A stretch of DNA of 64,000 nucleotides, taken from the NCBI GenBank assembly GCA_965140785.1, contig OZ223514.1, positions 1-64,000 on the forward strand, read 5' to 3'. The notes below the pieces were generated by a model. That model worked only from the letters and a program-made list of their open reading frames with translations. It searched no databases and was not told where the DNA came from. Numbering within the stretch: position 1 is the first letter of the stretch; each line of letters opens with the position of its first letter. This document shows positions 39,346 through 48,690 of the stretch, in pieces. The stretch comes from an uncultured Ruficoccus sp. GTDB taxonomy: Bacteria; Verrucomicrobiota; Verrucomicrobiia; Opitutales; Cerasicoccaceae. The translations under genes and the position numbers were made by a program.

Positions 39346-40548
39346 ATGAAGGACGCTCTCACCCAGGCCCTGGCCAACCCCGACAGTCCCGGCCAGGAGC
39401 CGCCCATCAAGGTGTTGATGGTCGATGACCAGGCGATGGTGTGCGAGGCTGTCCGCCGCATGCTCGCTGATGAGCCGGACATCGCCTTTCACTCGATCAA
39501 CGATCCCTCCAAGGCCATCGAGACCGCCCTGGAGATCAAGCCCACCGTTATCCTGCAGGACCTGGTCATGCCGGACATCGACGGGCTCACCCTGGTCAAG
39601 TTCTTCCGGGCCAAACCCGAGACGAAGGAAGTGCCCATGATCGTCCTGTCCTCCAAGGAGGAGCCGGAGACGAAAAAGAAGGCCTTCGAGCTGGGGGCGA
39701 ATGACTATCTGGTCAAGCTCCCGGACAAGCTGGAGGTGATCGCCCGCATCCGCTACCACTCCAAGGGCTATCTGAACCTGCTCCAGCGCCAGCAGGCCGA
39801 GGCCGCGCTCAAGGCCGAACTCGACGAGGCGGCCCGCTACGTGCGCTCCCTCTTTCCGGACCCGATGGAGAATGACACGGTTAAGACCGACTGGGTCTTT
39901 ATTTCTTCCTCCGACCTGGCCGGGGACACCTTCGGCTACCACGACTTGGACGCGGAGCATTTCGCCATTTACCTGCTCGATGTGACCGGCCACGGGGTGG
40001 GGGCGGCCCTGCACTCGGTCTCGGCCATCAACGTCATGCGCGCGCAGTCCCTGCCGGGGGTGGACTTCCGTGACCCCGGCGCGGTGCTCGCGGGGCTCAA
40101 CGAGGCCTTCGACATGGACAAGCACAACCAGATGTACTTCACGCTCTGGTACGGCGTTTTCCACCGGCCTACGCGAACCCTGAAGTTTTCCTCCGGCGGC
40201 CATCCGCCCGCCGTCCTCATCACCGATCCGGCCAACCCGCAGGGCTCGCTCCAGACGCTGGCTACGCCCGGCATGGTGATCGGGGGGATGCCCGATGCGC
40301 CCTTCTCCACGGACAGTACGGAGGTGCCTGCCGGGAGCACGCTCTACGTCTTCAGTGATGGGGTGTACGAGGTCAACTACGCCGACGGCAGCGGCATGAT
40401 GACCGAGGAGGAGTTCGGCGAGGGCCTGTGTCTGCCGCCCGAAGACGGTAAGACCAAGGTGGCCAGCATGGTCGATTGGGTGCGCCACGCCCAGGGCCAC
40501 GCGGCTTTCGAGGACGATTTTTCGCTCATGGAGATCATTTTCAAGTAA
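39346..40548 (+). CDS. WspR-type receiver domain fused to PP2C/SpoIIE (RsbU-like) phosphatase
   Basis: REC VDDQAMVCEAVRR..IKPTVILQDLVMP..GANDYLVKLPD..ARIRYHS; then LAGDTFG, DVTGHGVGAAL, SGGHPP, FSDGVYE, EDDFS. Confidence 0.92.
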   Translation: MKDALTQALANPDSPGQEPPIKVLMVDDQAMVCEAVRRMLADEPDIAFHSINDPSKAIETALEIKPTVILQDLVMPDIDGLTLVKFFRAKPETKEVPMIVLSSKEEPETKKKAFELGANDYLVKLPDKLEVIARIRYHSKGYLNLLQRQQAEAALKAELDEAARYVRSLFPDPMENDTVKTDWVFISSSDLAGDTFGYHDLDAEHFAIYLLDVTGHGVGAALHSVSAINVMRAQSLPGVDFRDPGAVLAGLNEAFDMDKHNQMYFTLWYGVFHRPTRTLKFSSGGHPPAVLITDPANPQGSLQTLATPGMVIGGMPDAPFSTDSTEVPAGSTLYVFSDGVYEVNYADGSGMMTEEEFGEGLCLPPEDGKTKVASMVDWVRHAQGHAAFEDDFSLMEIIFK

Positions 40549-40626
40549 CCGCTGTCCGACTCCGGTAGCAGCACCGCCCTCTCACGCGTTAAGCTTTTTC
40601 CACCCGACCCGATAATTCCCCTTCCG

Positions 40627-41055
40627 ATGGACTTTACCTACAGCAACGATTTCAAGGAGTTGGATCAACTGGCCGCCGACCTGGAGCGGTTTGGCGAGGA
40701 GCACGCCGTGCACCCGGCCGTCGTCCATACCTTCAACCTCTGTCTGGACGAGGTGCTGACCAACATCATTTCCTACGCCTACGAGGTCCCCGGCAAGCAC
40801 CACATCACGCTGACGATGACGCTCGAGAATGGCGAGATCGAGGCGGTGGTCCGCGACCACGGCAAGCCCTTTGACCCGCTGCACGACGCCAAGGACCCGG
40901 ACATCAACGCCCCGCTGGAAGACCGACCGATTGGCGGCCTGGGGATATTCTTCTGCAAGAAGCTGATGGACCACATCGCCTACCACCGGGTGGACGAGAC
41001 CAACACCTTTACCCTGCGCAAACAGAACGCCCCCGATCCGCCCGAGGAAGATTAG
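40627..41055 (+). CDS. Anti-sigma factor Ser/Thr kinase (RsbW/SpoIIAB-like)
   Basis: LCLDEVLTNIISYAY, RDHGKPFDP, IGGLGIFF. Confidence 0.9.
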   Translation: MDFTYSNDFKELDQLAADLERFGEEHAVHPAVVHTFNLCLDEVLTNIISYAYEVPGKHHITLTMTLENGEIEAVVRDHGKPFDPLHDAKDPDINAPLEDRPIGGLGIFFCKKLMDHIAYHRVDETNTFTLRKQNAPDPPEED

Positions 41056-41504
41056 TCTGTTAAGGGTTTCTTGTCGGCGGGCATGCGGGGTGCACGCACC
41101 TTCATGCCGATGGCCAGGATGAGGTCGGGGATGAGCAGGGGCCACCAAAACAGGATGAGGCCGAGAACATCCCGGACTATGATGTTGCCCCAGCTCCAGC
41201 CTTCGCCCATGAGCAGGCCAGAGACGATCACCCCGGTCGGGAGCATCAGCAGATAGGCCGCCAGCGCGAGCGGGGGCATGGCCCAGCGGGGCAGAATTGG
41301 GGCCAGACCGACGATGAAGGCATAGCTGAAGAGGCTGGGCAGGAGCACAGAGAGGCCCCAATGGGCAAAGCCCGCATAGCTCAGGTGTCCAAGCGGCAAC
41401 AGCCTCAAAAACACCACCACCAGCACGAGCGCGAAATACCCGATAAAGCCGCCTGTGTGGACGGAGAGCGAGCGAACCAGGAGACGGCAGTTCAGGCGTG
41501 GCAT
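41052..41504 (-). CDS. Hypothetical membrane protein
   Basis: Four hydrophobic segments; start uncertain. Confidence 0.55.
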   Translation of the reverse strand: MPRLNCRLLVRSLSVHTGGFIGYFALVLVVVFLRLLPLGHLSYAGFAHWGLSVLLPSLFSYAFIVGLAPILPRWAMPPLALAAYLLMLPTGVIVSGLLMGEGWSWGNIIVRDVLGLILFWWPLLIPDLILAIGMKVRAPRMPADKKPLTD

Positions 41505-41593
41505 AGCTATGGGGCGGACGAGAATTGAGGGCATCATTCGGCTATGCTTGCGGGCTGTCAATGGCCCGGGCGGGCGACTTGATGCTGGATAAC

Positions 41594-41625
41594 AAAAAAT
41601 CCCGGCCTCAGCGACCGGGATTTTT
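41594..41625 (-). terminator. Intrinsic (likely bidirectional) terminator
   Basis: aaaaatcccgg-...-ccgggattttt. Confidence 0.7.
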
Positions 41626-41651
41626 AGGTAAAAGGAAAATGCGGGGCGGGA

Positions 41652-42413
41652 CTATTCCTCGTCCTCTTCCATCGGGAGGTGCTTCTTGCGCACGCTGCGG
41701 AAGGCGAAGAAGAAATAAAAGTAGATCGCGGCGAGGAAGGCGCAGCCGAAGACGGCTTTGATGGCATCTTTGCGCAGAGTGGTCTTGTTCGCGTGGAAGA
41801 GGTTTTTGGCTTCCTTCAGCATCCGACGCTGATTGGACTTGATGGTCTCGCGGAGCCACTCGCGGCGGGCGACGAAGGAGTCCTCCGGCATCTGCTTGTC
41901 GCGCTGCTCCATGGAGGGAGTCAGGTTGAGCACGGTAGTCAGCACTTCGAGCTCCTGCATGGAGGTGGCGCTGTCGAGGGCCTGGTTGACCTTCTGCCGC
42001 TGGGACATGGAGATGTTCTCGGCGGTCGCCATCTGGCCGTTCATGATGTTGCTGAGGCGGCGGGCGTCATTGATGCCCAGCGGGATCAGCAAGATGTAGA
42101 CCAAGGCCAGCACGAGGCTCAGCCAAGTCAGGATGCGCGCCCCGACCAGCCGCCACAGGGGCATCTCCATCGAGACGCCGAACAGAAAGAGGGCGATACC
42201 GAGGATCGGGGTGAAGGCGTTGTCCACCAGCGCCCCGATGACGAGGAACTCCCAGTCCGCATTACCCGGCTGAAGCGGGTAGATGATATAGGCGTACTGA
42301 AAGAGGGCGAATATAACCAAAGCCGCCCCCACGATAGGGAGCGGATTGGGCTCGGTCTCCTGAATTTCCAGAGGCCGGTAAAATTTCTTCAGGCGTTCGG
42401 TGAGTGCTTTCAT
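41652..42413 (-). CDS. HpsJ-like membrane protein
   Basis: 3 TM + coiled coil + TM; P...WEFLVIGALVDNAFTPILGIAL and YILLIPLGINDARRL resemble the HpsJ family. Confidence 0.65.
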   Translation of the reverse strand: MKALTERLKKFYRPLEIQETEPNPLPIVGAALVIFALFQYAYIIYPLQPGNADWEFLVIGALVDNAFTPILGIALFLFGVSMEMPLWRLVGARILTWLSLVLALVYILLIPLGINDARRLSNIMNGQMATAENISMSQRQKVNQALDSATSMQELEVLTTVLNLTPSMEQRDKQMPEDSFVARREWLRETIKSNQRRMLKEAKNLFHANKTTLRKDAIKAVFGCAFLAAIYFYFFFAFRSVRKKHLPMEEDEE

Positions 42414-42480
42414 ACCTAGCTGAAGGTGTGCTACGTGGAAAAGCACACCGCTTCAACCTTATTTGAGGTTCGCCAACGAT

Positions 42481-43299
42481 TTAGGCTTGGTCGGCTTCGC
42501 GCTTGGCGTTTAGGCGCTTGCGCAGGCGGCGCCAGCCGAAGAAGCCGATGAGGGCCAGGCCGGGCAGCGGATTGACGCCGAAGGGCACCGCTACCGGCGT
42601 GCCGCCACCACCACCGGGGATGGCCACACCGAGGACTACGAGGTCCTGATCGGTCGGGCTGGTCAGGGCGACGACTTGCGTGTAGGGTTCATAGCCATTC
42701 TTGGCCTTGGCTTCGACATTGCTCAGGTAAGTGCCGGCCTCGTTGACGTAGGTGCCGACTTTGTTTTCCTGATAACTGGAGCCCTGGTCACCACTGGCTC
42801 GGAAATTGCCGGTGTTGAGGCCGTTGCCGACCATGCTGCCGTCGTCGTCGTGGGTCAGTTCCCACAGGGCGACCTGGAAAGCGGTCGATTGCTTAGTGGT
42901 CCAGTTGCTGGCATCCTGGCCCATGTAGTACATATCGTACAGGATGGCAACGTTGCGGGCCTGGGCTTCGCTGAGGCCGATGTTGGCCGTTTGCAGCGAG
43001 GACACATTGTAGTTGTCGTAGTCTTTGCCGAGGCGGATGCTCTGCGAAATTTCCGCGCAGAAGGCCACTGTGTTCATGGCGTTGGACTTATTGCCCGTCT
43101 CGTACAGGGAGAGGTTCATCGTCCCCACGTACATGTTATGGTAGTGGCCATTGAGCGTGGTTTTGACATCGACGTGGTTCGAAACACCGTCGAACTTGAA
43201 CGACACCGGCGTGGCGCTGGCGGCGGCGGCCAAACCAAAGATCACGGCGGCGGCGAGGCCGGTCTTGCCGAGAGTGGTATTGAATGCAGTGAGTTTCAT
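42481..43299 (-). CDS. Secreted protein with thioester-domain-like motifs and variant PEP-CTERM-like sorting signal
   Basis: Signal peptide; AFCAE, AFQVALWE, QDLV; C-terminus VPFGVNPLPGLALIGFFGWRRLRKR. Confidence 0.7.
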   Translation of the reverse strand: MKLTAFNTTLGKTGLAAAVIFGLAAAASATPVSFKFDGVSNHVDVKTTLNGHYHNMYVGTMNLSLYETGNKSNAMNTVAFCAEISQSIRLGKDYDNYNVSSLQTANIGLSEAQARNVAILYDMYYMGQDASNWTTKQSTAFQVALWELTHDDDGSMVGNGLNTGNFRASGDQGSSYQENKVGTYVNEAGTYLSNVEAKAKNGYEPYTQVVALTSPTDQDLVVLGVAIPGGGGGTPVAVPFGVNPLPGLALIGFFGWRRLRKRLNAKREADQA

Positions 43300-43715
43300 G
43301 GTGGTCTGTTCGGTGAAAATAGTGATGGGCGTAATGACTAGGTGCAGTTACATTTCACCCTGCTTTTTGGATATCGTCGGCTTTAGAAGAAATTTAAGGC
43401 TAATCTTTTTATTTTCTTAAGATAAAGCAAAAACCCTACCTGGTGCAGGCGAAGAGCGGTTAAAAGGCCCCTTTGAAGTCTGGCCGAGGTTGCTTTAGCA
43501 GTAATTTTACAAATAGGCGGGGGATGTGCTGTCATCCTGCCCATCGGGAAGCATTGGCCTTCCTCTGGGGTAGGGACAGCGTGTTCATGGCTTCTTGGAT
43601 GGATGAGTGGTCAGAATTATTCCCGGCATTCGTCAAAAAAGGTCAAGTCCATGACCCCTGAAGAGCCTGAGTGTATCGTATTGAGTTCTTGCCGAGCAAG
43701 GCTCACTCTTGCGGA

Positions 43716-44609
43716 GTGACCTCCCGCTTTTGTTTGCTTGCTTCCTCGCTGGTCCTTCTCCTGGGATTGGCCGCCTGTAAACCCCCGGCTCCAACCCTGC
43801 CCGGGGGACCGCAGGAGCTTTCCCGGGATACCCCCCGCGCCGGGCGTTTCCTGATCTATGTGGTTGGGGAGGGAAGCAAGAGCCTGCCCCTGGGAGGCGG
43901 CGAAGAGGCGAGCGACGAGGACGCGGTGGCCTTTTTGGAATGGCAAAGTGGGACCGGCCCGGATGCCGAATTACTGCTGCTCAACGGACTGACGCCGGGT
44001 ACGCCGTTTCCGGGGAGTCTCACGCTGAGCCAGGGCCGTCGTCCGCTGGTCAGCGGCGGTGAGCTGGCGGCTGACTTCGCGGGCGAAAGCGACGGGGGCG
44101 GGCCACTGCCCCGCCTCGTCCCTCAGCCGGCGGCGGCGAGCTCGCCCGTGCGGGTGCGGGAACTGGACGACACAGGTGGGCAAGCCCGGGTCGATCTGAC
44201 GGCGATCGGGCCGGATCTTTCGCTCTGGAACCGGGATGTCTTTTGGCAGGCCGGGGGAGAAGTGCGCGTCGTTGATGAACTGGCCACCCATCTGGGCAAG
44301 GCGGCACGTGTCGGGTTCGTCTGGACACTGACCGGCCATGTGCCCGTGACCGTGACGGAGGAACCCAACCGGACACTGGTGGAGACGCCCGAGCTGACGA
44401 TGATTTTTCAGGCCGATGTCCCGATCCGGGTGATGACGCAAAACACGCGGGTCCCCACACCAGCGCTGCCCATTGCCTCGGGGGGAGCGGGCAGTGTCCT
44501 CGTTCCGTGGACCGGCCCGCTGACAATTGTCCGGGTCGAATGCTCGGCCCCGGTGGCCAGCCTCAAAGTCATCACCCGCCTCCTGCTCAGTCGTAAACGC
44601 ACGCCCTAG
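43716..44609 (+). CDS. Putative lipoprotein
   Basis: Lipobox LLLGLAAC after GTG 43716; beta-rich C-terminal part. Confidence 0.6.
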   Translation: MTSRFCLLASSLVLLLGLAACKPPAPTLPGGPQELSRDTPRAGRFLIYVVGEGSKSLPLGGGEEASDEDAVAFLEWQSGTGPDAELLLLNGLTPGTPFPGSLTLSQGRRPLVSGGELAADFAGESDGGGPLPRLVPQPAAASSPVRVRELDDTGGQARVDLTAIGPDLSLWNRDVFWQAGGEVRVVDELATHLGKAARVGFVWTLTGHVPVTVTEEPNRTLVETPELTMIFQADVPIRVMTQNTRVPTPALPIASGGAGSVLVPWTGPLTIVRVECSAPVASLKVITRLLLSRKRTP

Positions 44610-44773
44610 GCAGTGTCTTCAAACCTCCGAAAACTTCGTATTCTAATGCCTTTTTCGCCCAAAACACGTTTCCTCAGCTCGACAAATCTTAATTTGCCTC
44701 GCCTCGAAAGCCGTGTTTTTGGCTGAAAAATTCAAGGCGACTCCTCGTTTCGAGGTTTGAAGACACTGCCTAG
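44606..44773. mobile_element. 168-bp MITE with 22-bp perfect terminal inverted repeat (including CTAG ends)
   Basis: ctaggcagtgtcttcaaacctc ... gaggtttgaagacactgcctag; internal imperfect palindrome; no ORF. Confidence 0.85.
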
Positions 44774-44785
44774 CTCTCTATTGAC

Positions 44786-44819
44786 AAAAAAAAACGCACG
44801 GGTCCGAAGACCCGTGCGT
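44786..44819 (-). terminator. Intrinsic terminator downstream of dxs
   Basis: A9 + cgcacgggtc-cgaa-gacccgtgcg. Confidence 0.8.
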
Positions 44820-44877
44820 GTAGAAGTTGGTTGGATTCCTTACCGTGCCCAGTCCTTGATTACTAGTCCAGCCGGAC

Positions 44878-46830
44878 CTACTTGCCGGAGGGGAAGGGGA
44901 CGGAGGTGTCGGCTACGGCGTTGCTGCTGGCTTCATGGGCGGGCAACTGGCGGTAGCGGGTGAGGATGTCGTTCTCCATGTCCTGAGGGCTGAGGCCGTT
45001 GGCCGCACGCAGGTCGGAGTTACCGCTGCCGTGGCTGACGAACTTGTCCGGCCAGCCAATGCGGACCACCGGGGTCATAATGCCTTCGTCCTGAAGCTCT
45101 TCGAGCACGGCGCTGCCGAAGCCGCCCTTGCGCACGTGGTCCTCCATCGTGACGATGAGGCGGGCGTGCTGGGCGTCCTTGAAGAGCTGTTTGTTGTCAA
45201 TCGGCTTGGCGAAGCGGGCGTTGACCACGCCGACGCTCAGGTGTTGCTCGGCGGAAATCTTGTTGGCCAGCTTGAGCGCGTCCTGCACCATCGTGCCGAG
45301 GGCCCAGATGACGATGTCGTCGCCTTCGCGCAGGGTCTCGGACTTGCCGATTTCGAGGGCTTCGGGCTCGTCCTTCATGGGAACGCCGACGCCGGAGCCG
45401 CGCGGGTAGCGGATGAAGCTCGGTCCCTTGTGGTCGAGGCCGGTCTTCATCATGTCCACCAGTTCGTCCTCGTCCTTGGGCTGCATGAGGATGACGTTCG
45501 GGACGCCGCGCAGGTAGGTGATATCAAAGAGACCGTGGTGGGTGGGGCCGTCGTTGGGCGAGAGCCCGGCGCGGTCCATGCAGAACATCACGTCGAGCTT
45601 TTGCAGGGCCACGTCGTGCATGATCGGGTCGATCCCGCGCTGGAGGAAGGTCGAGTAAATGGCCACCACCGGCTTGATGTTGCTGGTGGCCAGGCCGGCG
45701 GCGAAGAGCACGGCGTGCTCCTCGGCGATGCCGACGTCAAAGTACTGGCCGGGGACCTCGTCGGAGAGGTGTTTCATGCCGGTGCCCGAGGGCATGGCAC
45801 CGGTGATGCCGACGATGCGCTTGTCGGCCTTGGCGAAGTCCACCAGGGCCTTGCCGAAGACGTCCTGGTAGGCGGGCGGGGCGCCGGTCTTACCGGACTT
45901 GGGCTTGCCGCTGTTGAGGCAGAAGGGGCTGGTGCCGTGCCACTTTTCGGGGTCGCCCAGGGCCACGTCGAAGCCTTTGCCCTTGGTTGTGAGGGTGTGC
46001 AGGATGACGGGCTCGTCCGATTCCTTGGCGAACTGCAGGTACTGGTCCAGCAGGTCCATGTCGTGCCCGTCGATGGGGCCGATGTAGCGCAGGCCGTACT
46101 TTTCGAAAAGGGAGGGATTCTGGTCGATGAGGAAGTCCTTGGTCTCCTGCTTGACCTTCTTGCCGAACTTCTTGATCGCCTGGCCGCCGGGGACGGCGTT
46201 GAGGAAGCTCTCCACATCGTGGTGGAAGCGGTTGTAAACCGGGTTGGTGATCAGCTCGTTGAGGTAGGTGGGGATGGCGCCGACATTCGGGGCGATCGAC
46301 CACTTGTTGTCATTGAGGATGACAATGAGCTTCTTGCAGCTACTCTTGATGTTGTTGAGCGCCTCCATGGTGATGCCGCAGGTCAGGGCGGCGTCGCCGA
46401 TGATGGCCACGACGTGCTCGGGAGACTCATTGAGGTCGCGGGCGGTGGCCATGCCGACGGCGGCGGAGAGGGCCGTGCCGGCGTGCCCGGCACCGAAGCA
46501 GTCGTGCTCGGACTCCTCGCGCATGAGGAAGCCGCTGAATCCGTCTTTCTGGCGCAGCTTGCGGAATTTTTCTCCCTGGCGGCCGGTCAGCAGCTTGTGG
46601 ACGTAGCCCTGGTGGGAGACATCGAAGACGAAGCGGTCCGCCGGCGTGCTGAAGTGCCGGTGGAGCATGATCGTCAACTCGACCACCCCGAGGTTGGGAC
46701 CGACGTGGCCGCCGTTTTCGGAGGTGACCTCCAGGATTTCCTGGCGGATCTCCTTGGCGAGCAGAGGAAGGTCCTCTTTTTTGAGTGCTTTTACGTCCTG
46801 AGGGCCCTTGATGGAGGGAAGTATAGCCAT
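44878..46830 (-). CDS. dxs: 1-deoxy-D-xylulose-5-phosphate synthase
   Basis: GGHVGPNLGVVELT, DVSHQGYVHK, GDAALT..EALNN, DVGIAEEHA, DGPTHHG. Confidence 0.97.
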   Translation of the reverse strand: MAILPSIKGPQDVKALKKEDLPLLAKEIRQEILEVTSENGGHVGPNLGVVELTIMLHRHFSTPADRFVFDVSHQGYVHKLLTGRQGEKFRKLRQKDGFSGFLMREESEHDCFGAGHAGTALSAAVGMATARDLNESPEHVVAIIGDAALTCGITMEALNNIKSSCKKLIVILNDNKWSIAPNVGAIPTYLNELITNPVYNRFHHDVESFLNAVPGGQAIKKFGKKVKQETKDFLIDQNPSLFEKYGLRYIGPIDGHDMDLLDQYLQFAKESDEPVILHTLTTKGKGFDVALGDPEKWHGTSPFCLNSGKPKSGKTGAPPAYQDVFGKALVDFAKADKRIVGITGAMPSGTGMKHLSDEVPGQYFDVGIAEEHAVLFAAGLATSNIKPVVAIYSTFLQRGIDPIMHDVALQKLDVMFCMDRAGLSPNDGPTHHGLFDITYLRGVPNVILMQPKDEDELVDMMKTGLDHKGPSFIRYPRGSGVGVPMKDEPEALEIGKSETLREGDDIVIWALGTMVQDALKLANKISAEQHLSVGVVNARFAKPIDNKQLFKDAQHARLIVTMEDHVRKGGFGSAVLEELQDEGIMTPVVRIGWPDKFVSHGSGNSDLRAANGLSPQDMENDILTRYRQLPAHEASSNAVADTSVPFPSGK

Positions 46831-46895
46831 AGCGTATAGTCTGTGTGATCCGGGAGAGCGTGAGAGAGTTCAGTCGTCCCTGTAAAAAAATAAAG

Positions 46896-47147
46896 TCAGG
46901 AGTCGGCGGGCGCGTCGAAGGGTTCGAGACTGACCTGTCCGTCTTCCTGCCTGAGTTTTTCGATTTTCTGTTCTGCTTGGTCGAGTTTGCGTTGGCAAAA
47001 CTTCGCCAGCCGGGTGCCCGATTCGTATTTGGTGACCAGGTCGGCGAGCGGGATGTCTCCGCCTTCGAGGCTCTCGACGATTGTTTCCAGCCGCTCCAGA
47101 GCTTCTTCGAAAGACGCAGGCTCTTCCGTCGTTTGCGTTTTAGGCAT
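46896..47147 (-). CDS. xseB: Exodeoxyribonuclease VII small subunit
   Basis: SFEEALERLETIVESLEGGDIPL...YESG..L. Confidence 0.93.
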   Translation of the reverse strand: MPKTQTTEEPASFEEALERLETIVESLEGGDIPLADLVTKYESGTRLAKFCQRKLDQAEQKIEKLRQEDGQVSLEPFDAPADS

Positions 47148-47332
47148 GTTAGGTTACGGATAAGTGAAAACCCGCAGAGGTGTAAACGCAAGCCTGATTC
47201 TGGCTTCGGCGGCGGGTCGAAATCGGGGCGTAATTCGCCCTTGCCACCGGGCTTCAGGCGTTATGGCATGGGGGTTCCATTGCGGCCTCCGGGCGCGGCT
47301 TCCCGACCCGTCCCGCCGAAAAAACTTCCCTC

Positions 47333-48580
47333 ATGCATCCCTTCCTGATCGCAATCCTCGTCCTCATCGGTCTCAAGCTGGTGGCCGAACTGATGCTCGA
47401 CTGGCTCAACCGGGCTGAAGTCCTCCGGCACGCCGACCACATCCCCGCCCCCTTCGCCGGGGTGATGGACGAGGACACCTATAAAAAGTCCGTTTCCTAC
47501 ACGCTCACGCACACCACCTTCGGCATGCTCCAGACCGCCTGGGACGCCGTGGTGCTGGCCGTCGTGCTGGCCTCCGGGCTGCTGCCCTGGCTCTTTGACG
47601 CGCTCTCGGCACTGCTCGGGATCAGTCTCTGGGGGCAGGCGCTGGTGCTGTTTTTCATCCTCATCGCGCTGTCGCTGCCGGGCATTCCGCTGGAGCTCTA
47701 CAGCACCTTCAAGATCGAGGCCCGCTACGGCTTTAACAAGACCACGCCGGGCATCTGGATCAGCGACAAGCTCAAGGGCCTGCTCCTGGCGGCCATCCTC
47801 GGCTATCCGCTGCTGTGCCTGCTGCTGTGGTTTTTCCGGGCGCTGCCGCAGACTTGGTGGCTCTGGGCTTTCGCGGCCTTTTTTGGCTTCCAGCTCCTGC
47901 TGCTGCTGCTGTACCCGCGCCTGATTCTGCCCCTGTTCAACAAGCTCTCGCCCCTGCCGGACGGCGACTTACGCAGCCGCCTGCTCAAGCTGGGCGAGCG
48001 CACGGGCTTTACCGCGCAGACCATTCACGTGATGGACGGCTCCCGCCGCTCCACCCACTCGAACGCCTTTTTCACCGGCTTCGGCAAGTTCCGCCGCATC
48101 GTCCTCTACGATACGCTGGTCGAGCAACTGGAGGACGTGGAACTGGAGAGCGTGCTCGCTCACGAGATCGGCCACTATAAAAAGGGCCACATTCCCAAAA
48201 TGCTCATCATGTCCGCCCTGGCCAGCCTGGCCGGGTTCGCGGTGCTGGGCTGGGTGGCCGGACAGGTGTGGTTTTACGAGGCTTTCGGCTTCGAACTGGC
48301 CGACGGGATGGTCCCGGCCCTGCTGCTTTTCATGCTGCTGAGCGGGCTGTTCAGCTTCTGGCTCTCGCCGCTGCTCAACCGCCTCTCCCGCAAGCACGAG
48401 TACGAGGCCGACGCCTTCGCCCGCCAGGTCATGGGTGACGACCCCCAGCCGCTGGTCAACTCCCTGCACAAGTTGACTGAGAAAAACCTCAGCAACCTCA
48501 CCCCGCACCCGCTCTACAGCGCGTTCCACTACTCGCACCCGACCCTGCTCGAGCGCGAAACCGCCCTGAAGGGCAGCTGA
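47333..48580 (+). CDS. M48 family (Ste24-like) zinc metallopeptidase
   Basis: DGSRRSTHSNAFFTG, LAHEIGH, EYEAD, YSHP. Confidence 0.93.
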   Translation: MHPFLIAILVLIGLKLVAELMLDWLNRAEVLRHADHIPAPFAGVMDEDTYKKSVSYTLTHTTFGMLQTAWDAVVLAVVLASGLLPWLFDALSALLGISLWGQALVLFFILIALSLPGIPLELYSTFKIEARYGFNKTTPGIWISDKLKGLLLAAILGYPLLCLLLWFFRALPQTWWLWAFAAFFGFQLLLLLLYPRLILPLFNKLSPLPDGDLRSRLLKLGERTGFTAQTIHVMDGSRRSTHSNAFFTGFGKFRRIVLYDTLVEQLEDVELESVLAHEIGHYKKGHIPKMLIMSALASLAGFAVLGWVAGQVWFYEAFGFELADGMVPALLLFMLLSGLFSFWLSPLLNRLSRKHEYEADAFARQVMGDDPQPLVNSLHKLTEKNLSNLTPHPLYSAFHYSHPTLLERETALKGS

Positions 48581-48605
48581 CTTCGCGTATTTTTATCGAA
48601 TGGGC

Positions 48606-48690
48606 TTAAACCACGGATGACACGGATGGCCACGGATCGCAGTCACCAGCACAGGCATCCGTGCCCATCCGTGTTGTCCGTGCGTTTTAA
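48606..48690. repeat. Inverted pair of CACGGAT-unit repeats bounded by TTAA
   Basis: ttaaac-cacggat-ga-cacggat-ggc-cacggat ... atccgtg-ccc-atccgtg-tt-gtccgtg-cgttttaa. Confidence 0.8.
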
